Shown: piece after piece, positions 23,751 to 38,317 of the stretch
How the letters are laid out: every line of letters starts with the position of its first letter
Position numbering within the stretch: position 1 is the first letter of the stretch
Source of the DNA: Asterias rubens
Taxonomy: Eukaryota
Length of the DNA stretch: 64,000 nt
Direction: 5' to 3'
NCBI RefSeq assembly: GCF_902459465.1
Contig: NC_047073.1
Location: 16,616,001 to 16,680,000, forward strand
Made by a program: the position numbers and the translations under genes
The notes under the pieces: generated by a model
The model's input: the letters and a program-made list of their open reading frames with translations, nothing else
The model's database searches: none
Told to the model about the DNA's origin: nothing

Positions 23751-24148
23751 CCCCTTACTGATAGATCAAACCCCGACTACTGATAGATCAAACCCCCACT
23801 ACTGATAGATCAAACCCCCACTACTGATAGATCAAACCCCCACTACTGATAGATCAAACCCCCACTACTGATAGATCAAACCCCCACTACTGATAGATCA
23901 AACCCCACTACTGATAGATCACTGATAGATCAAATCCCCACTACTGATAGATCAAACCCCCACTACTGATAGATCAAACCCCCACTACTGATAGATCAAA
24001 CCACCACTACTGATAGATCAAACCCCCCTTTTTTAATACTGATAGATCAACCCCCCACTACTGATAGATCAATCACAGCTTCAAGGAACCCCCCTTACTG
24101 ATAGATCAACCCCCCCACTACTGATAGATCAATCACAGCTTCAAGGAA
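23751..24148. repeat. Minisatellite, about 22-bp unit CCCCCACTACTGATAGATCAAA, 17 cores, with a terminal 60-bp higher-order duplication
   Basis: ACTGATAGATCA counted 17 times. About 24029-24088 is repeated as 24089-24148. Confidence 0.95.
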
Positions 24149-26871
24149 ATCTCTGCCTGGATTCACGCCTCATGATTCCCGCCATTTATAGCGAGTTCAA
24201 TTCACGATAAGACGAAGGATTGATTTAGGAAAAGAGTAAATTCAGTCAAAATGTCCCAGTATTGAAGCAGTTATGTTGTTTATCAATCCGATCTGGATAA
24301 TGGTTATCAGAAGTTTGGTTAATATATTTAGAACATTAACTCAGTTAATATCTTTAGAACATTAACTCAGTTTTTGAATTTGTATTGTTTGTTTCATGAC
24401 ACGTTGATATGTTATTGGATATAGGCCTACTGCAAGTTGCTTTGTCTCTAGCCTAATTTAGTAATTCTCTATTGTTTATTTCATTGTGTTCGTCTATTCT
24501 GCACTTTTTACCTTTGTTGAAGACACATTTGCTAGTAGGAAAGCAAATTTTACTTTGAAGATAAATTAAATGTTCGGATTCAAACAACATCATTCGAGGA
24601 GAAATAGCTTAAGTTAATACCTTTAAGAACCATAAGTATTATTTCACATTGCCTCATCGTTACATTTGTCTCATCATTTTAAAACTGTAAATGAAAAATA
24701 AATAAAAATAATCAAAAAAGTTAAGGAGAACAATACAAAGAGGTCTGGGCCAGAATGCCTGTCACGTCTACCTTGTAGCTCCATTAAAGTTCACCTCAGA
24801 TTTACAAAGCTTAAAGGTAAATGTTTCCCTTGAAAAAAACCCAATTCACCTTGGATACCTCACGGACAGCTTTTGTTTTCACTTTATAATTGTTTTGGCA
24901 CCAAAATAATTCCGCAACGCTTTAAATGTCGTCTGCTTCGCCCCGCATAGGCCCAGAGATAGAAACTTCAGCGAGGTGTCCAGAGAGAATAATTGGTGGG
25001 AGGTTTTAAACGAAATGCTCGGTGTTGACTCTGAGGTTGGCTGTTTGCCGAGGCATTCATTACGCCGTTGCTTTTCGTTGATTTCCCATCGATTATGGGG
25101 GGTTTAGACTCTGGGGCCCTATGACGAGAGAAAGCCTTATTGGCAATGATGTTGCTAAGGGGGAGAAAGTACAATTCTCACCCATCAAAATCAATGACTA
25201 CACAACCTACCTATCACACATCAATGACTACACAGACTAACGGTAACACTTCTCAATCCAATGATAGTTTTTTAACAATATTCACATTCGTAAATTGCAA
25301 GATTTGCTTTCAGCCTCGCTTTGTTGGTTTTAAATTGAATGGATTTCTAGAAGATTTCATATCAACCATCATTTTATTTAATTCAAACGAACGCAAGGGG
25401 GTAAACAATTACTTATGTATACACGAACTGTCTTTTGACACTAGTTTGTTTCAAAAACTTGAGTATCTTTAAAACAAATCAAATCATGATATATTTTGAA
25501 AGCTAAATACTTTAATATTGTCTCTTACCCCTTAGAACTCCCACACAAAAATCAAATGAAGAGAAAAACCCCACACAATAAGTTGAACTAGAAACTTGAA
25601 ATGAACCAGTGCAGCTTTAAAACAAGATTGATCTTGACTGAATCACTCCATAGTGGTTACCAGTCTGATGGTTACCAGTCTGGTGGTTACAGAGAAAGTG
25701 TTGCATTGAAACAGCTGTAACCCTATACCATTAAATGAATCATACATCATTGTTTCTCTCAAAGAGTGCTTTCATTCCAATCCTTTATACTTCAGAGGCA
25801 GAATAAGACAGACACGCTCGCTGTTCTGGTTAAGACATCTGCTTGAGAATTAGTGTTATGTTGCAGAAAGGGGAAATATTTGGGGGAATTTGACAAACAA
25901 TCTCGAGTATGTCACGAGGAAGATTGACTAGGGCCATCGCATAAATGTACTTGTAAAAGATTAAAAAATTGCTGCAATTGCTTGATATTCTACCTGTAGA
26001 CATTTTCAACAATAGCTCTTTGTGCAATCGAGCCATGGTTTGAATATTAGAATCAGCGAGCTTCAAACCAATTTGTTTTGTGTTTAGACATTTATTTAAA
26101 TATTGGCAACAACAACAAAAGCATCAAATGCAATTCAATCATTATACAGTCTACAGAATTCGATATTTACAGTTTTCGATATTTACCAACACTTTCATTA
26201 ACATTGAAATATTCAATCTTAATAATGGCACAATCTGCCCCTAGTCATGCTATTCGTCACACTATGGTACCTTAGTGAGCAGTCAGATTATAAGAATTAG
26301 TTTATTATACAATTTGAAAGTTTAACAGAAAAAGATTTGACTGTGTGATTTTTAAAATCTTGGCTTTGAATTAGAGCTTGTTAATATTGGGTTTGGTATA
26401 GAGCTAAGTTGTGTGGAGCAAGCGGTATAGGAAGGAGAAGTATAAAGGCACCCAAGGGTCGCCCCACTTTGTTCATCCCAAATTGACTTTTGAAACCTCA
26501 GCATTTTAAGTATTCCTGTATACCCCATCTTCGAGTGGTGCATCGTTTGCAACCGGAATAAAGACAATCTTGTCAGCTATTTACTCCTTGATGCGGTCAC
26601 GTCTGCGCAACAACGTTACGTGCGCAGGCATTGAAGTGGCTACGGACGGGTGAAGGTTGGACTCGAGACTGTAGTCATGCGTTATAAAGGCACCATGCTC
26701 AAAGCGAATCGGCTGGCACTATTAAACTGGATCGTATGCCTCATGCACACCGTGCATACTCATGCATGCACCCTCAAGAAACTGGTTCTCTTGTCTCTTA
26801 GTTTTTTTTAAAGACATAGGTCAAATGTGTTGTAAAACCTGTATGTTTGGAAATGAACGACCGATTTTTAA

Positions 26872-27505
26872 GATGCTAAAACACAAAGATGCTAAACCAG
26901 GTTTTACAAAAGATTGAAAACAAAAAGTTTCACAAAGATGCTAAACCAGGTTTTACAAAGATGCTTAACCAGGTTTCACAAATGATAAAAGGTTTCACAA
27001 AGATGCTAAACCAGGTTTTACAAAGATGCTAAACCAGGTTTCACAAAGATGCTAAACCAGGTTTCACAAAGATGCTAAACCAGGTTTCACAAAGATGCTA
27101 AACCAGGTTTTACAAAGATGCTAAACCAGGTTTCACAAAGATGCTTAACCAGGTTTCACAAAGATGCTTAACCAGGTTTCACAAAGATGCTTAACCAGGT
27201 TTCACAAAGATGCTAAACCAGGTTTCACAAAGATGCTTAACCAGGTTTCACAAAGATGCTTAACCAGGTTTCACAAAAATGCTAAACCAGGTTTCACAAA
27301 ATGATTACACCAAGTTTCACAAAGATGATATTAAACCGGAATGCACGAAGATGCTAAACCAGGTTTTACATAGATGCTAAGACTAAGTTTCATAAATAAA
27401 CCAGGTTTCACAAATACGATAAACCAGGTTCTACAAAGTGCAACAAACAAGTTTTCACTAAAACCAAATATATAAAACAGGTTTTCACAAAGATAAAAAA
27501 ACCAG
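26872..27505. repeat. Minisatellite, 23-bp unit GATGCTAAACCAGGTTTCACAAA, roughly 25 copies decaying at both ends
   Basis: Read directly; the homogeneous core is at about 27000-27300. Confidence 0.95.
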
Positions 27506-30500
27506 ATTTCCAAAGTTATTACATGAACATGTCTTTTCCTGAAACGGATGTTTTGCTCATCGAGATTCGACTTATTTTGGGAAAGCACGCGGTGGACAAA
27601 ATTAACTGTTGTCCGGGTTTCCAACACCTTTCTTTACTCCAATCAGTGCATATATAAATGTGCCCTCAGAAACTTGTATTCGATTGTTGTTTGTCCTGAT
27701 TTTTAGGTCATGGCAGGGGAGAATGACTTTGTTGAATAAGGAGCACGCTGTGAACTAGATTATTCCGTAAACAGTGATTTTGTTTTCTGTATGCCAAGCG
27801 AGTCATTCCGGTGTTGGGCCTGAGGTAACGTGTTCATTAAGCGTTAACCAAACCCAGCTTAGCAGCGGGAAGCATTTTGTATTCAAGATGAAGATTGGTT
27901 ATTGAAGTTTAAGACTGAATTAATTAAAAACAAAAATAAATCTATAAACAAGTAAAGCTTGATGTTTGTTTATGACCCAGATTTATTTTTAGTAAATGGC
28001 TAAACAATTCCGATTATGGTTAAGTTCAACGTTTTCTTGCATATTCAGTTTTTTTGGTCAATTGAGTAAACAATTAAACTTAATTCTAAAACACAAGAAC
28101 TAAAACAAAACAAAAAGATTTTCGAACGTATTTGTTTTTGTCAATTGAGTAAACAAAAAGACTAAATTTTATGATAAACTACATAGTTTAGGTTTGAAAA
28201 AGTATGTTTTAGAATATAATAATTAAAATCGGATTATAATCGACAGTGTAAAATGGAATGTCAAGCGAAAAACATAAAGCTAACCCAACCAATTTTAGTT
28301 TTACCAAAGTAAAAATCAAATTAATGGTAGCTTGTTTTGTTTCAATCGGTAACAATCTTCAATCTTCGTAATCATGTATATATAAGGCCCTCGGTCGGAA
28401 GACTTCATTAAAACGAAGCCCCTAAACCACCCCTCAACAAATTAATACTACCCCAGTCTTAATCCATCGGTCTTTAACACTTTTAGACAAAGCAAGTTGT
28501 CATGTAACGCACAGGAAACATTTTCTCCCCGCCGACTAAAAAGCAGCGGTCGGTCTCTCGCTCACTGCTTCCCCCCGACAGGAAGCCTTATTCTTAGGGA
28601 AACAAGAAATTGCTTTTACGCTCCCTGACAGATTGGCGGTGATCTACTTGAATAACCGATCAACCATCGTATGGTGAGATTGAGGGGCCAAGAAACAGAG
28701 AGTGAGAATGGTTGCCAGGGTTCCGTTTCGGGCTCTTGCGAGTTTCAACGAGAAACAACAATACACACAAAGAATAATTAGCACCTTCTAAAAACAAACT
28801 CTTGACATTTTGGTTTTCGTGGTTCTGTCCAGACCATCTTGACCGCTCTGCTTTGAGAGTCTGTTCCTCCCACTGCTTTCAACACATCTACCACTCCAAC
28901 GTGTCAACTCTACCAATCAAATATCAATTATATTGAAGCAGATTATAGATGTTTCCACAGCTTGTCTTAAAAGCACTTATCTAATATTTATGACACCATT
29001 AACTTCCATTATCATGGTCATTTATGAAGTATGGTTTTGCTTTTATGCCGAGGAAAGGTTTAAGCTGATAGAAAACTGTGTGTACGATTTGCCTATCGTT
29101 TTGGTAGTTAACCACAACGCACTTGAGTGTTGGAGTGTAACTATGGAAACAGACTGAAATTGACTCTTCAATGTGACTGATTAGGGTGACATTATAGTGG
29201 CGGGTTTTCCTCGCCAACACACGTGATTGATTAGTCACCAACCTTCAGTACAACATTTGATAACTTTTTATTAAATTAACTGAGTTTTTCTTTTTTTCTT
29301 CTTCTTTTGTCATCGATGCTTGCGTGTGACAGTAATCCGAAAAGGCAGTCGGTTTCAGCACCCATCCAATTCATTCGCACTGTTTATTGTTGTTTAGATT
29401 AGGCGCGCAATAGGTTTTACAATATTTTAACATATCCTACTTCTCAATCCTGATGGTTTATAAAAAGTACACGTAACATCTTTTACTTCTTCTTCATTTC
29501 ATTCTCCCCTCAATCTCTGGAAAAGTCCTTACCACATGGACTGATCCCCTCGTGTGAAATATATAAAATGCCCTTGTCATGTACTCGCCGATTTAACACT
29601 GGCAGGGCCGCGCGCGAAAAAACAAACATGGTTTTAACTTCGGATTTGGCTATCCGGGTGACGACTGGTCCGGGTTGGGCCGTGTTTTCCTTTCCTTTCT
29701 CTCTACGGTGGATTGCTGTGAGATCACGGTGGCCACTGCAAGCAGCTGTTCTTAGACAAGTGACAACCAAATACTGGATGACTTGTCACTTGTCTCGCTC
29801 GCTGAAGGTGAAACAAGATGTAAGGAGCGATCATTGGCCTTACTTGACGTCGCTGTTTTGTTGCGGGGGAAAGAAGTAAGAAATAACATTCTTGCTTCTG
29901 CTTTGAACGAAGTAATGTATACGCCGTTCCGGTCTGACGTCATCGTGTGTCATAGTGAGGCTATGAAAGGGCGGGAATACCATTTTGAAGAGTGTGTCTT
30001 TTATACAACACATCTTTTTGGGGAAATTGTGTATGGCTTCATTTCTTTCAATTTTAGTACACCATGAATACGGGCACAGCATTAAAACCAGGGCAAAATG
30101 CTACATCAGAAAAATAAAATCATAGCTGAATAAATTAATACTGTGAATAGACAGACCTAGTCGTCATGGTGATCGTGATCTTACTTCATAAGCTTTGAAT
30201 AAAATACATTTAAATTGTCAACATTTAAAGAAGGTATAAGTCTGTTAAATGACGACTCCCAATTTCTGTAATTAGAATAAAAACCCAATGGAAGTTTGTG
30301 GATTTCAAATTTCCCAACCAGCTTACAATATTTCTGCTAAGGACGAATCAGCAGGACACCAACCACAAACAGCCCGCATGACATTGTGATTTAATTGGTA
30401 ACCCCTTTTCGGTTAGCAAAATTGGTTATTTGCTAAGCTTCAAGCAGCTCAAACAAATATACGGTGATAATTGAACACTCTCTTACACTACTCAAACTCA

Positions 30501-31960
30501 TTTTTTCAGGTTGACCTAGCTTGATTAAACAAAAATCAATGAACATCAAATTAAGAATCGGGCAACTGCTCTTTCAGTCCATGTCTGTTAATCATAAACA
30601 ATTAATAATGTTGTTTGTCATAACTGGAGGGTAAAAACCACAAATAAGACTCTGGTTTGCAATAAAGTGGCATTATTGATTTACAGTTTTATAAAAACCT
30701 CCCCGCTGCGCCCATCATAATTTGAAGAATAATCAACACCCATCCTCTCTTTTCCAAAAAGGACGGAGTGCCAAAAAAGTGTCAGGACTCTCCCCAACCA
30801 TCCTAGTTCCGGTTGACGATGTACTTTTCTGGGCAAACTCTCGGTCATCAACTGTTAATCCATCTATTTACACGTTCCGACTCTCCAGCATTTGATTAAA
30901 CCAACACGGGTCTTATTTTCACACTTTAACGCTTGGCCTACTTGAAAGGTAAGTAAAAAAAGATGAAGAAGAAATAATCTCACTGCCACCACCACCAACC
31001 TCAAACCTCCACCGGTAACCCCCCCCCCCGCCCGCGTTCCTAGTCTGGCAACACTTGTCATAATTGGGCCAAAAACGTGTAAATACTTAAACCGTTCTCA
31101 GTTATGATCACTCACATCGCATTCTACTGCACGATGTGATTCTTGACTGGCTAGCTAACATACCCCTTGTCACACTGTATATTTATCTGAGGACCTCTAA
31201 CCATCAGCACAAGTTCACTCGACGATAGAGAGACGTACCGGGGAGAGTTTTGTCTTCTATGACGAGGTATCGCTCGTCGCTCGTTCCTCTTGGTAGAGTG
31301 ACTTGGATTTGACGATGTTTGGACAGTCTGGCGTTGATTGACGGGTAAATCACTGCCCTCTGTGATTTAATGCCTTGTTCTCCTCGTCTTTTTTTAAGAT
31401 CCCACAAACTCCGGAAGGAAAGTTATGATAACAGTGTTTGGAATTTGATTTTTTAGTGACGGGATGGTCTCAAACACTAAAAAGCAAACTATTTTTCAGC
31501 TCTCATCGAATTCCTTTTCAAATAAGGCAAATGATTTGTGAAATGACCAGCATAATAGTTTGTTTCATCATTTTCGTTTACACTATTCGAAATAACTATT
31601 TGTTTTGGAAGAACTTTCTACAGTGACAGTTTGGGAATTGAATAATAAAAATATTTATAATTATAACTAATAATGGAAAAATAATCAAAAGACTAAAAAC
31701 CCAAATTATCCTTAGACAATTCTCTCGGTGAGTTCCGAAACATGATATATAACTGTTTTAGAAATTGACTAACGTAATAGTGGAAGCCTCTTTACCAAAA
31801 TTACCTTTGTCTGGATCCACTTAAACACAACGAAAGTGAACATTCCAATTGGCATTTCATAGAAAGATACCAGACTAATTTGTCACTTTGGCCTCGGTTT
31901 CGGTGTATTGGTGTGAATGGGGAGAACCCAATGCAGTACTTTTGAAGTACATATCCCAAC

Positions 31961-32085
31961 ATCCTCCTGAAGACGATCAGAGCATACTGATCAAAGTGAC
32001 GAGTTGTAAACCACCACTCCTTCTCAGAACCAACTATTACTCCAAAGAGATTTACACATGGTACTACCGCAAACCTCGCCTTATG
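31961..32085 (+). repeat. Hammerhead-motif repeat with a perfect stem II and a mutated GAAAC
   Basis: CTC-CTGAAGA-C-GATCAG-AGCATA-CTGATC-AAAGTGACGAG. The downstream AAACCACC..TTCTCAGAACCAAC..AAAGAGAT..ACATG is shared with 13029-13100. Confidence 0.55.
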
Positions 32086-35000
32086 AACCAATAACAAGAT
32101 GTTTCACCGTTTGGAATCAATCTGATTATGACCAAATACTCAAATTTAACATCTTTCGTCCCTTAAACAGTGTCGATCCTTTGAAGGACTTACATGTTCA
32201 GAATGTGTATATTTTCATGTTATCACCATTTCTCAAAACCGTGTAGGCCTAGATAGCACTCAACTTCACCAAATATTATTTATCGAAGATCAGAATGGAT
32301 TTACTAAACAAAATGTATAACAACTTGTTGTTTTTGGCTGTGTGAAGTCCTATATTGATTGGAGAAATATTGGCATATTCAGAACCGGTTAGGATGACCG
32401 ACTGACCACTCTACCCGCTCTAGCGCCATCCTGAAGCTTCGTTTGACGTAAAATGCACGGCTCAGAAAGAAACGGAAAATGCCAAAATCTCCATGACACA
32501 TTATACCATAAAGATCGACCTAGATTCGTGCCGTATTCTACAGTTTGGAAATAAGACAGCTCTTCTTGTCAAACTACGAGGATGTTTTCGATACCTTCAA
32601 CTTCCATCAACTCAACTTCGCATCTGGTCTGACTCGTAAAGTGTAGCAACAAGCAGAGTGCTTAAAAAGCTGAAAATAAACACAACCCCAGGGATTAAAA
32701 ACAATGAGACAACTGTCAGCTAGGACTTGAACGTGACCGTTAATAGTGCGATGGTTGCGATGTTAGTGACAGTGTGGAAGGACAGTGTGTTTCAGTAATA
32801 GAAACTAGCACTTCTAGAGGTCGATGTGGGTCGAAGGACGAAGGAGTCTAGTGATGGAAAGCTGACGGGACGAGCTGTCAAAATGACGGCGATGGTACCG
32901 TTTGAGAGAGACGTGGGTGGTTCGTTCAGGCACGAAGGTACCAGTAGATAGTGAAATGAAACAGCGAACGAGACAAGGAACTCATGAGACTCTATCGCCC
33001 AAAAGTGATATAATCAAATTTCCTTTGGTATTTGAAACAGTTAATCCATGAATCCAAAGACTTAATTAAATTGTATTCAATCTACTCAGTATGATGTGTT
33101 GGGTTAATATTTTTAAAAAGGAAAACATGAAAGCAGAGAACAAGCGAGTTTCGAATCGTACTTATTTTGAACGGCAATGCCGAGTACAAAAGAATAACAA
33201 TAACATTAAACAAATAAAACATTTACATTCCAGAGCAATGACCTAATAGTGAACTACTCAAACATTTCCTTTAAAATAAGTTTTACTTCAGATAATTTAC
33301 TCAACGCCAAAACTGTCGCACTTAGTTACGATAACGTTTACGTAATTATTGCCTATACGTACATCGTTCCCCACCTTTACGCAAACACACCACACACACG
33401 TTAACGAAAGTGTATCATAATGGTCATAATAGACTTTTAAGGTGACGGTATTTTTGGCGATTGTCACATTTTGCTGTCAACACTTGATGAGTGTTGGTGT
33501 TTTTGTTTGCTGTGAAGGCAATTTCAAGAGTGCTCAAAGAAGAGTGAAGTTTTAGCTGATGCTTACCCATTATGAAGACATGGATAGCTGGCCACTGGCC
33601 AGAATAAATTCAGATAGCAAAAAGCCCAGACCGATTGGCCAAGGTATGCTTAGGATGTCATGACATCGAAGGCATCGGACAACAAATTGTCTTTCTTGAT
33701 GAGTGGCAGAATTACCAGCCAGTTTAAGACGGCGTCCACAAGTCCACATATTATAATGGCCAGAGTGGACAGGTTTGTCACCATGGACCAATCACAGCGT
33801 GTATATGCATAATCACAATGGACAGTGTATCAACATAGCAAATTGAACTGACAGGTTACAATAATCAGACAATATAATGTTTGGCCGGCAGCCATAATGT
33901 TGTTATTATCAGGCAGCCATGACAAATTAATTTCAACAATCAACAATCTGTCACAATGGTGGACATTGGGTGACCAGTAACAATTTACACATCAAGAAGC
34001 CATAACAACTGCCGAGCATCGGTCATACTATAGCAACCGTTCAACACGAAACAATGACAATTTTTTATTTGAGAAAATGACAATACAAGAATCGTAAAAT
34101 AACAAAATTGGCTACACCGGCAGGCGACCACAATGACCGAAGAGTATGGACAATATTGACCATCCGTCTCGGTGGGGAAGGGGTCAAATTCAGCCCCATT
34201 CAGATATTGATGTGGCGGCAAATAATAAAAACCCTGGTCGGTTTCATCATTGCCTAATTGAATGATCACATGGTCGCTTCATAAAACAATCCAAGTTTTT
34301 TCTTGGCAGAGGAGAAAATCACTTTTCCTGTATTGATGGGATAGGCTTTTTGGAGTATGGGTTTCCCCAAGGGGCAAGGGGAACTTATTAATGCTGACTG
34401 ACTTGAAAAAAAGGTAGGGTGCTGGAAGCGAGACCTCCTTGCAATGAGCTGTTGCACTTTCAGCTCATGTCAAAACAAATCAACGGGCATCTCTCGGGCG
34501 TGATACGTGATCGAGCAAGCGACATTTGACCGCACCAAGTTTGTTATTATAGGGGCTCACCGCTCTGCCGAGACCGGGGCAGTCCCACGGCAAGCCGCTC
34601 GGCCGAGTAATGACTGCCCGACCGCTCAGTGTACGGGTCCCGTGAATACACCCCACAACACAGGGCGTGAAAAACTCCCGACTCGAAATGACAGGAAATT
34701 AGCTCCGAGGTTGAATTGAATGTCTCTTCTGTTGACACTTCTTCGCTTTCCTCCTTTCGAGTCAACATTGGGAAGTAAAAAAAAAAGTAGCTAGGATATT
34801 CGAATAATTGATTAGATTGAAAGCAACACGTTAGTGTCTTGTTTGAATGTGTTCAAGCCCCACGCGGAAGAGGTATTTAATTTTATTTGATTAAACACAC
34901 CACAAGGGCGCTAAGATTAAAAGCCACAGCCCCCAATCAACTGTGGCTAATTAATATAATCAATTAAACAAAAATCGCTCATTGGTGTTTAGGTCAGTGT

Positions 35001-37971
35001 CTAGTATTATAAAAGACCCACACCCGGTGTAGCGCTGGAACCACTTGATGATATCTATCGACACTCCCAAAGACAGCACTAATTCTAGTGTAAACTGTGG
35101 GTGGTTTTTTTCTACATGGACGATGGAAACCTATTTGCCCCCGTTGTTAAGCTGCCAGTATAACCTGTCATTAGTCTGCGCCTTTGTGTTGATTTAAACG
35201 ATGGACAGTGAAGCTGCAGCGTAATTGATTGACTCAGTTTAGGCAAACAATGCTTCAAACAATTAGCTTTTACCCTTCATTTATTTATCAAATTATTGTT
35301 ACTAGTTATACTTCCGATTAAAGCTATTAATTCATTACATTAGGTATACGTTTATCTCACGATAGAATTCCAGCTTGGATCTGTGTGAGTGGTGTTAATG
35401 GACCTTTTTTAGGAACAAAAGTTGAAACGGTAAACTAGAGAGAATGGCTGATAAAGATTCATTATACCGTATCTTAATAAAAACCGTAAGCCTGAAATAT
35501 CACAATATATTCATTTTCATTGTAAAAGCAGATTATCAAATTACCAGAGCCTACGGGATCCCCTAACTGCCATACAAACACCCACAGTCTGCAAGAATAC
35601 ATCAGAGCGATAATAGGACAAGAAGAAGCTGGTAATCTGCATAACTGGTCCCCGGGCGCACCTATCGGATTCTAGGCCCATCGTGTCGGTAAGAGAGGGT
35701 GTCCATAAGACATGGAGGGGCGGCCCATTATGACTATATGGACAACATTCAGCACTTCGCTAGGGCTGCGAGCCCTCCAAGGGCTGCTCCCTCGTGTACC
35801 ATTATCTCTGCCCCAGTTTTGACATAATTGATGTAGTCGATGGGATGAAACTAAAAGAAGCGCCAATGGCTTCTAAGAAGAAAAAGATGGGGGAAAGAAG
35901 GAGGGGGTATCAACCCCATAGGTGGCTACGAAAAGGGATGTATTAAAAAAGGTAAAATATGGGTGTAGTAAGACTGAACCCACTAAGCCGTCAGCGCCGA
36001 TTATTTTTGAAAGGCCAAGAAAAATAATATCGCTTGTTATTAACGTGTCGAGGATGCCTTAGGCGGGAGTATCTCGCAGTCGTAAGAAAATATCACGGAC
36101 GCAACTATGCAAGAATTATGCATATAAATTATACATGCGAGTGCGATTGGATAGCATAGGGCGGAAGTAAAGAGTGCGAGGCTCGAAAAGAAATGGGAGA
36201 CCTGGATTTGCCGTCTTGGGACCCGGGAGGGCAGAAGAGGAGAGAGGGAGAGAGAGAGACTGAGTAGGGGAGAGCGAATCTGGGGAAAAAAAATTGGAAA
36301 AATGATCGTATCTGTGGCTAGGGTTAGTTTTACGAAGCGGCACTACGACGCAGTAGCTTCACGCGTGGTTGACGGCTACTTTAACGTGCAGAATATAGAC
36401 TCACGAGATCAATCCAAGGCTCAGACCGTATGCCGGCTCGTCGCCTGCGGGCCCTTAAAACCTAATCCAATCTCGACAATATTTCAATATTAGCCGCTAA
36501 TTACTCGACCTCAACGGGGTCCAACTCACAGTGAAAAAATAAAAAACTTTAATCTTAAGAAAGGGAGACTTTGATATCCTTCACACACTGGTTGATTGCA
36601 ATAAGCTTTGGACCAATACGAGTCAACCTTAACAATAAGACTAGACACGTGCACATGAAACTATTAATGCTGTATCTTGTTTGAAGAAGGTATTGCTATG
36701 GTAGGGGGAGCGACACAGAGCCGCATCAACGGATATACGATACACAGTTAAAAGCAGACCAGCCTCGCTCCACCACCTCTGCAGGCGAAGATGGAAAGAC
36801 AGAGAGAGAGAAAAAAAAGCGGGAAAAAAAGTTGCCACTCTTGCCTCGTACCTCTTTTGCATTCTTGGTTTCTGCAGGGTTGGTTGCTTAGGATCCCCAA
36901 TACGTAGGGGCATCCGTTGTTAATTGCTGCTACCCCCATGGTATCGGTAAAACATACTGACTAGGGCCTGCGGTCGCCCAGATAGTCTTACCGTTGACTT
37001 CCGGTTTTTCCCGCGAACCGAAGATCAATATTAATGACTCCTAGTAGCTTCGATTTTTTTCGCCTCCTCTTTCTCTTACACTCTCCTCCAGACTCTAGCG
37101 TCTTAGTCTACCTTCCCTTCATCCATCCTCAATAGACTCATTTGCATACGGGTTTGTCGGGCTAGTCTTTGTCTCATTATTAGTCTTGTTTCATCTGGTT
37201 AGTCTTATGAAAGTGTCAGTCAGGCTAAAGATGCAGCACTTTGGAATGTCTTCATCTACTTTTTGACCGCATCCCAAAAGCATTGTTTAAAGATAAAGAA
37301 GACTTTGCTAAACACATTGGTAAAACAACCAGCTCTTCTTAGAACACTCAGGTCGCAACGTCGAGTAAATCGTTGAATTTTATTGAAAACATTGTGTTGT
37401 AACGCAGCCTTTAACGTACTATTAACGAAAAACTGTAGTTGTCAGGAAAACAAATATGGAACAGGGAAATAAACTTTTAGTAAGAAGCCAACTCCTTCTT
37501 AGAACACTCTGGTCAAAACGTCACACAGCTCAGTAAAACAAAGCCAACACAAAATCAAGAACATACCAGTGCCAAATCCTCTGAAGATGTGTTTCCGTCT
37601 GAAATACTGTCAAAGCCAAGAAAAAATAGTATTAAAAGATCCCCTAATCACCGTTCCTTGTTTGGATTGCTGCACTGTACACTAGCGCACAACAAAATAA
37701 ACAAGAAACAATAAACAAACAAATACAGCAAAAGGCAGTGATTAAAATGGTAACAAACATAAACAAATAAACACAGCAAATTGTTTCAAAGTTAGGAAAT
37801 ACCACAATCCAAATGATAACACTAGACCAGTACAAAACTTCTTATGCAACTGCAATAAGTTCACACAAAATCCCCGAACAAAACAAAACAACAATTTTTT
37901 CCAGTAAATTCCACTGAATTGTCAAAAGGTGAAAGGATTTGGCATTCACCTACTCCCCAAAAACTATTTAA

Positions 37972-38317
37972 AGCACTTGACATTTTGACAAACACCGGTG
38001 ACTCAAAGACCAGCATCCACACTTGATTTGGCCCAACATAAACATGAAAAAAAACAAAAAAAAAAACTGGGAAAGTTTGAGCTCAATCGGTCACCAGAGT
38101 CAAAAGAAAATAGTGAACAGCACCCTGATTGCAACGTTCAAACATCAGTCATCTGTTTTATTCATTTCTAAAAAACTATGGCATTTTAATAATCAAAACA
38201 ATTTCAAAGTAAAGACAACAATCACAATGGAAGTTTTCTACTATAACCCTCTTTATTCCATGTCAGTTATATGCAACTCTGTGCAGTTATTTACTTTCAA
38301 TCTTTTGTGCACACCCT
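37972..38317 (-). mobile_element. Older diverged Kolobok-type MITE
   Basis: TTAA|AGCACTTG..AAAGACCAG..CCCAACATAAACATGAAA..AAAGTTTGAGCTCAATCGGTC, ending GTGCACACCCT|TCAA like 47443-47766. A similar end fragment is at about 5072-5167. Confidence 0.5.

Noticed and set aside
23751-24148. CRISPR-like appearance of the minisatellites
   Set aside because: No unique spacers and no cas genes, in a eukaryotic context.
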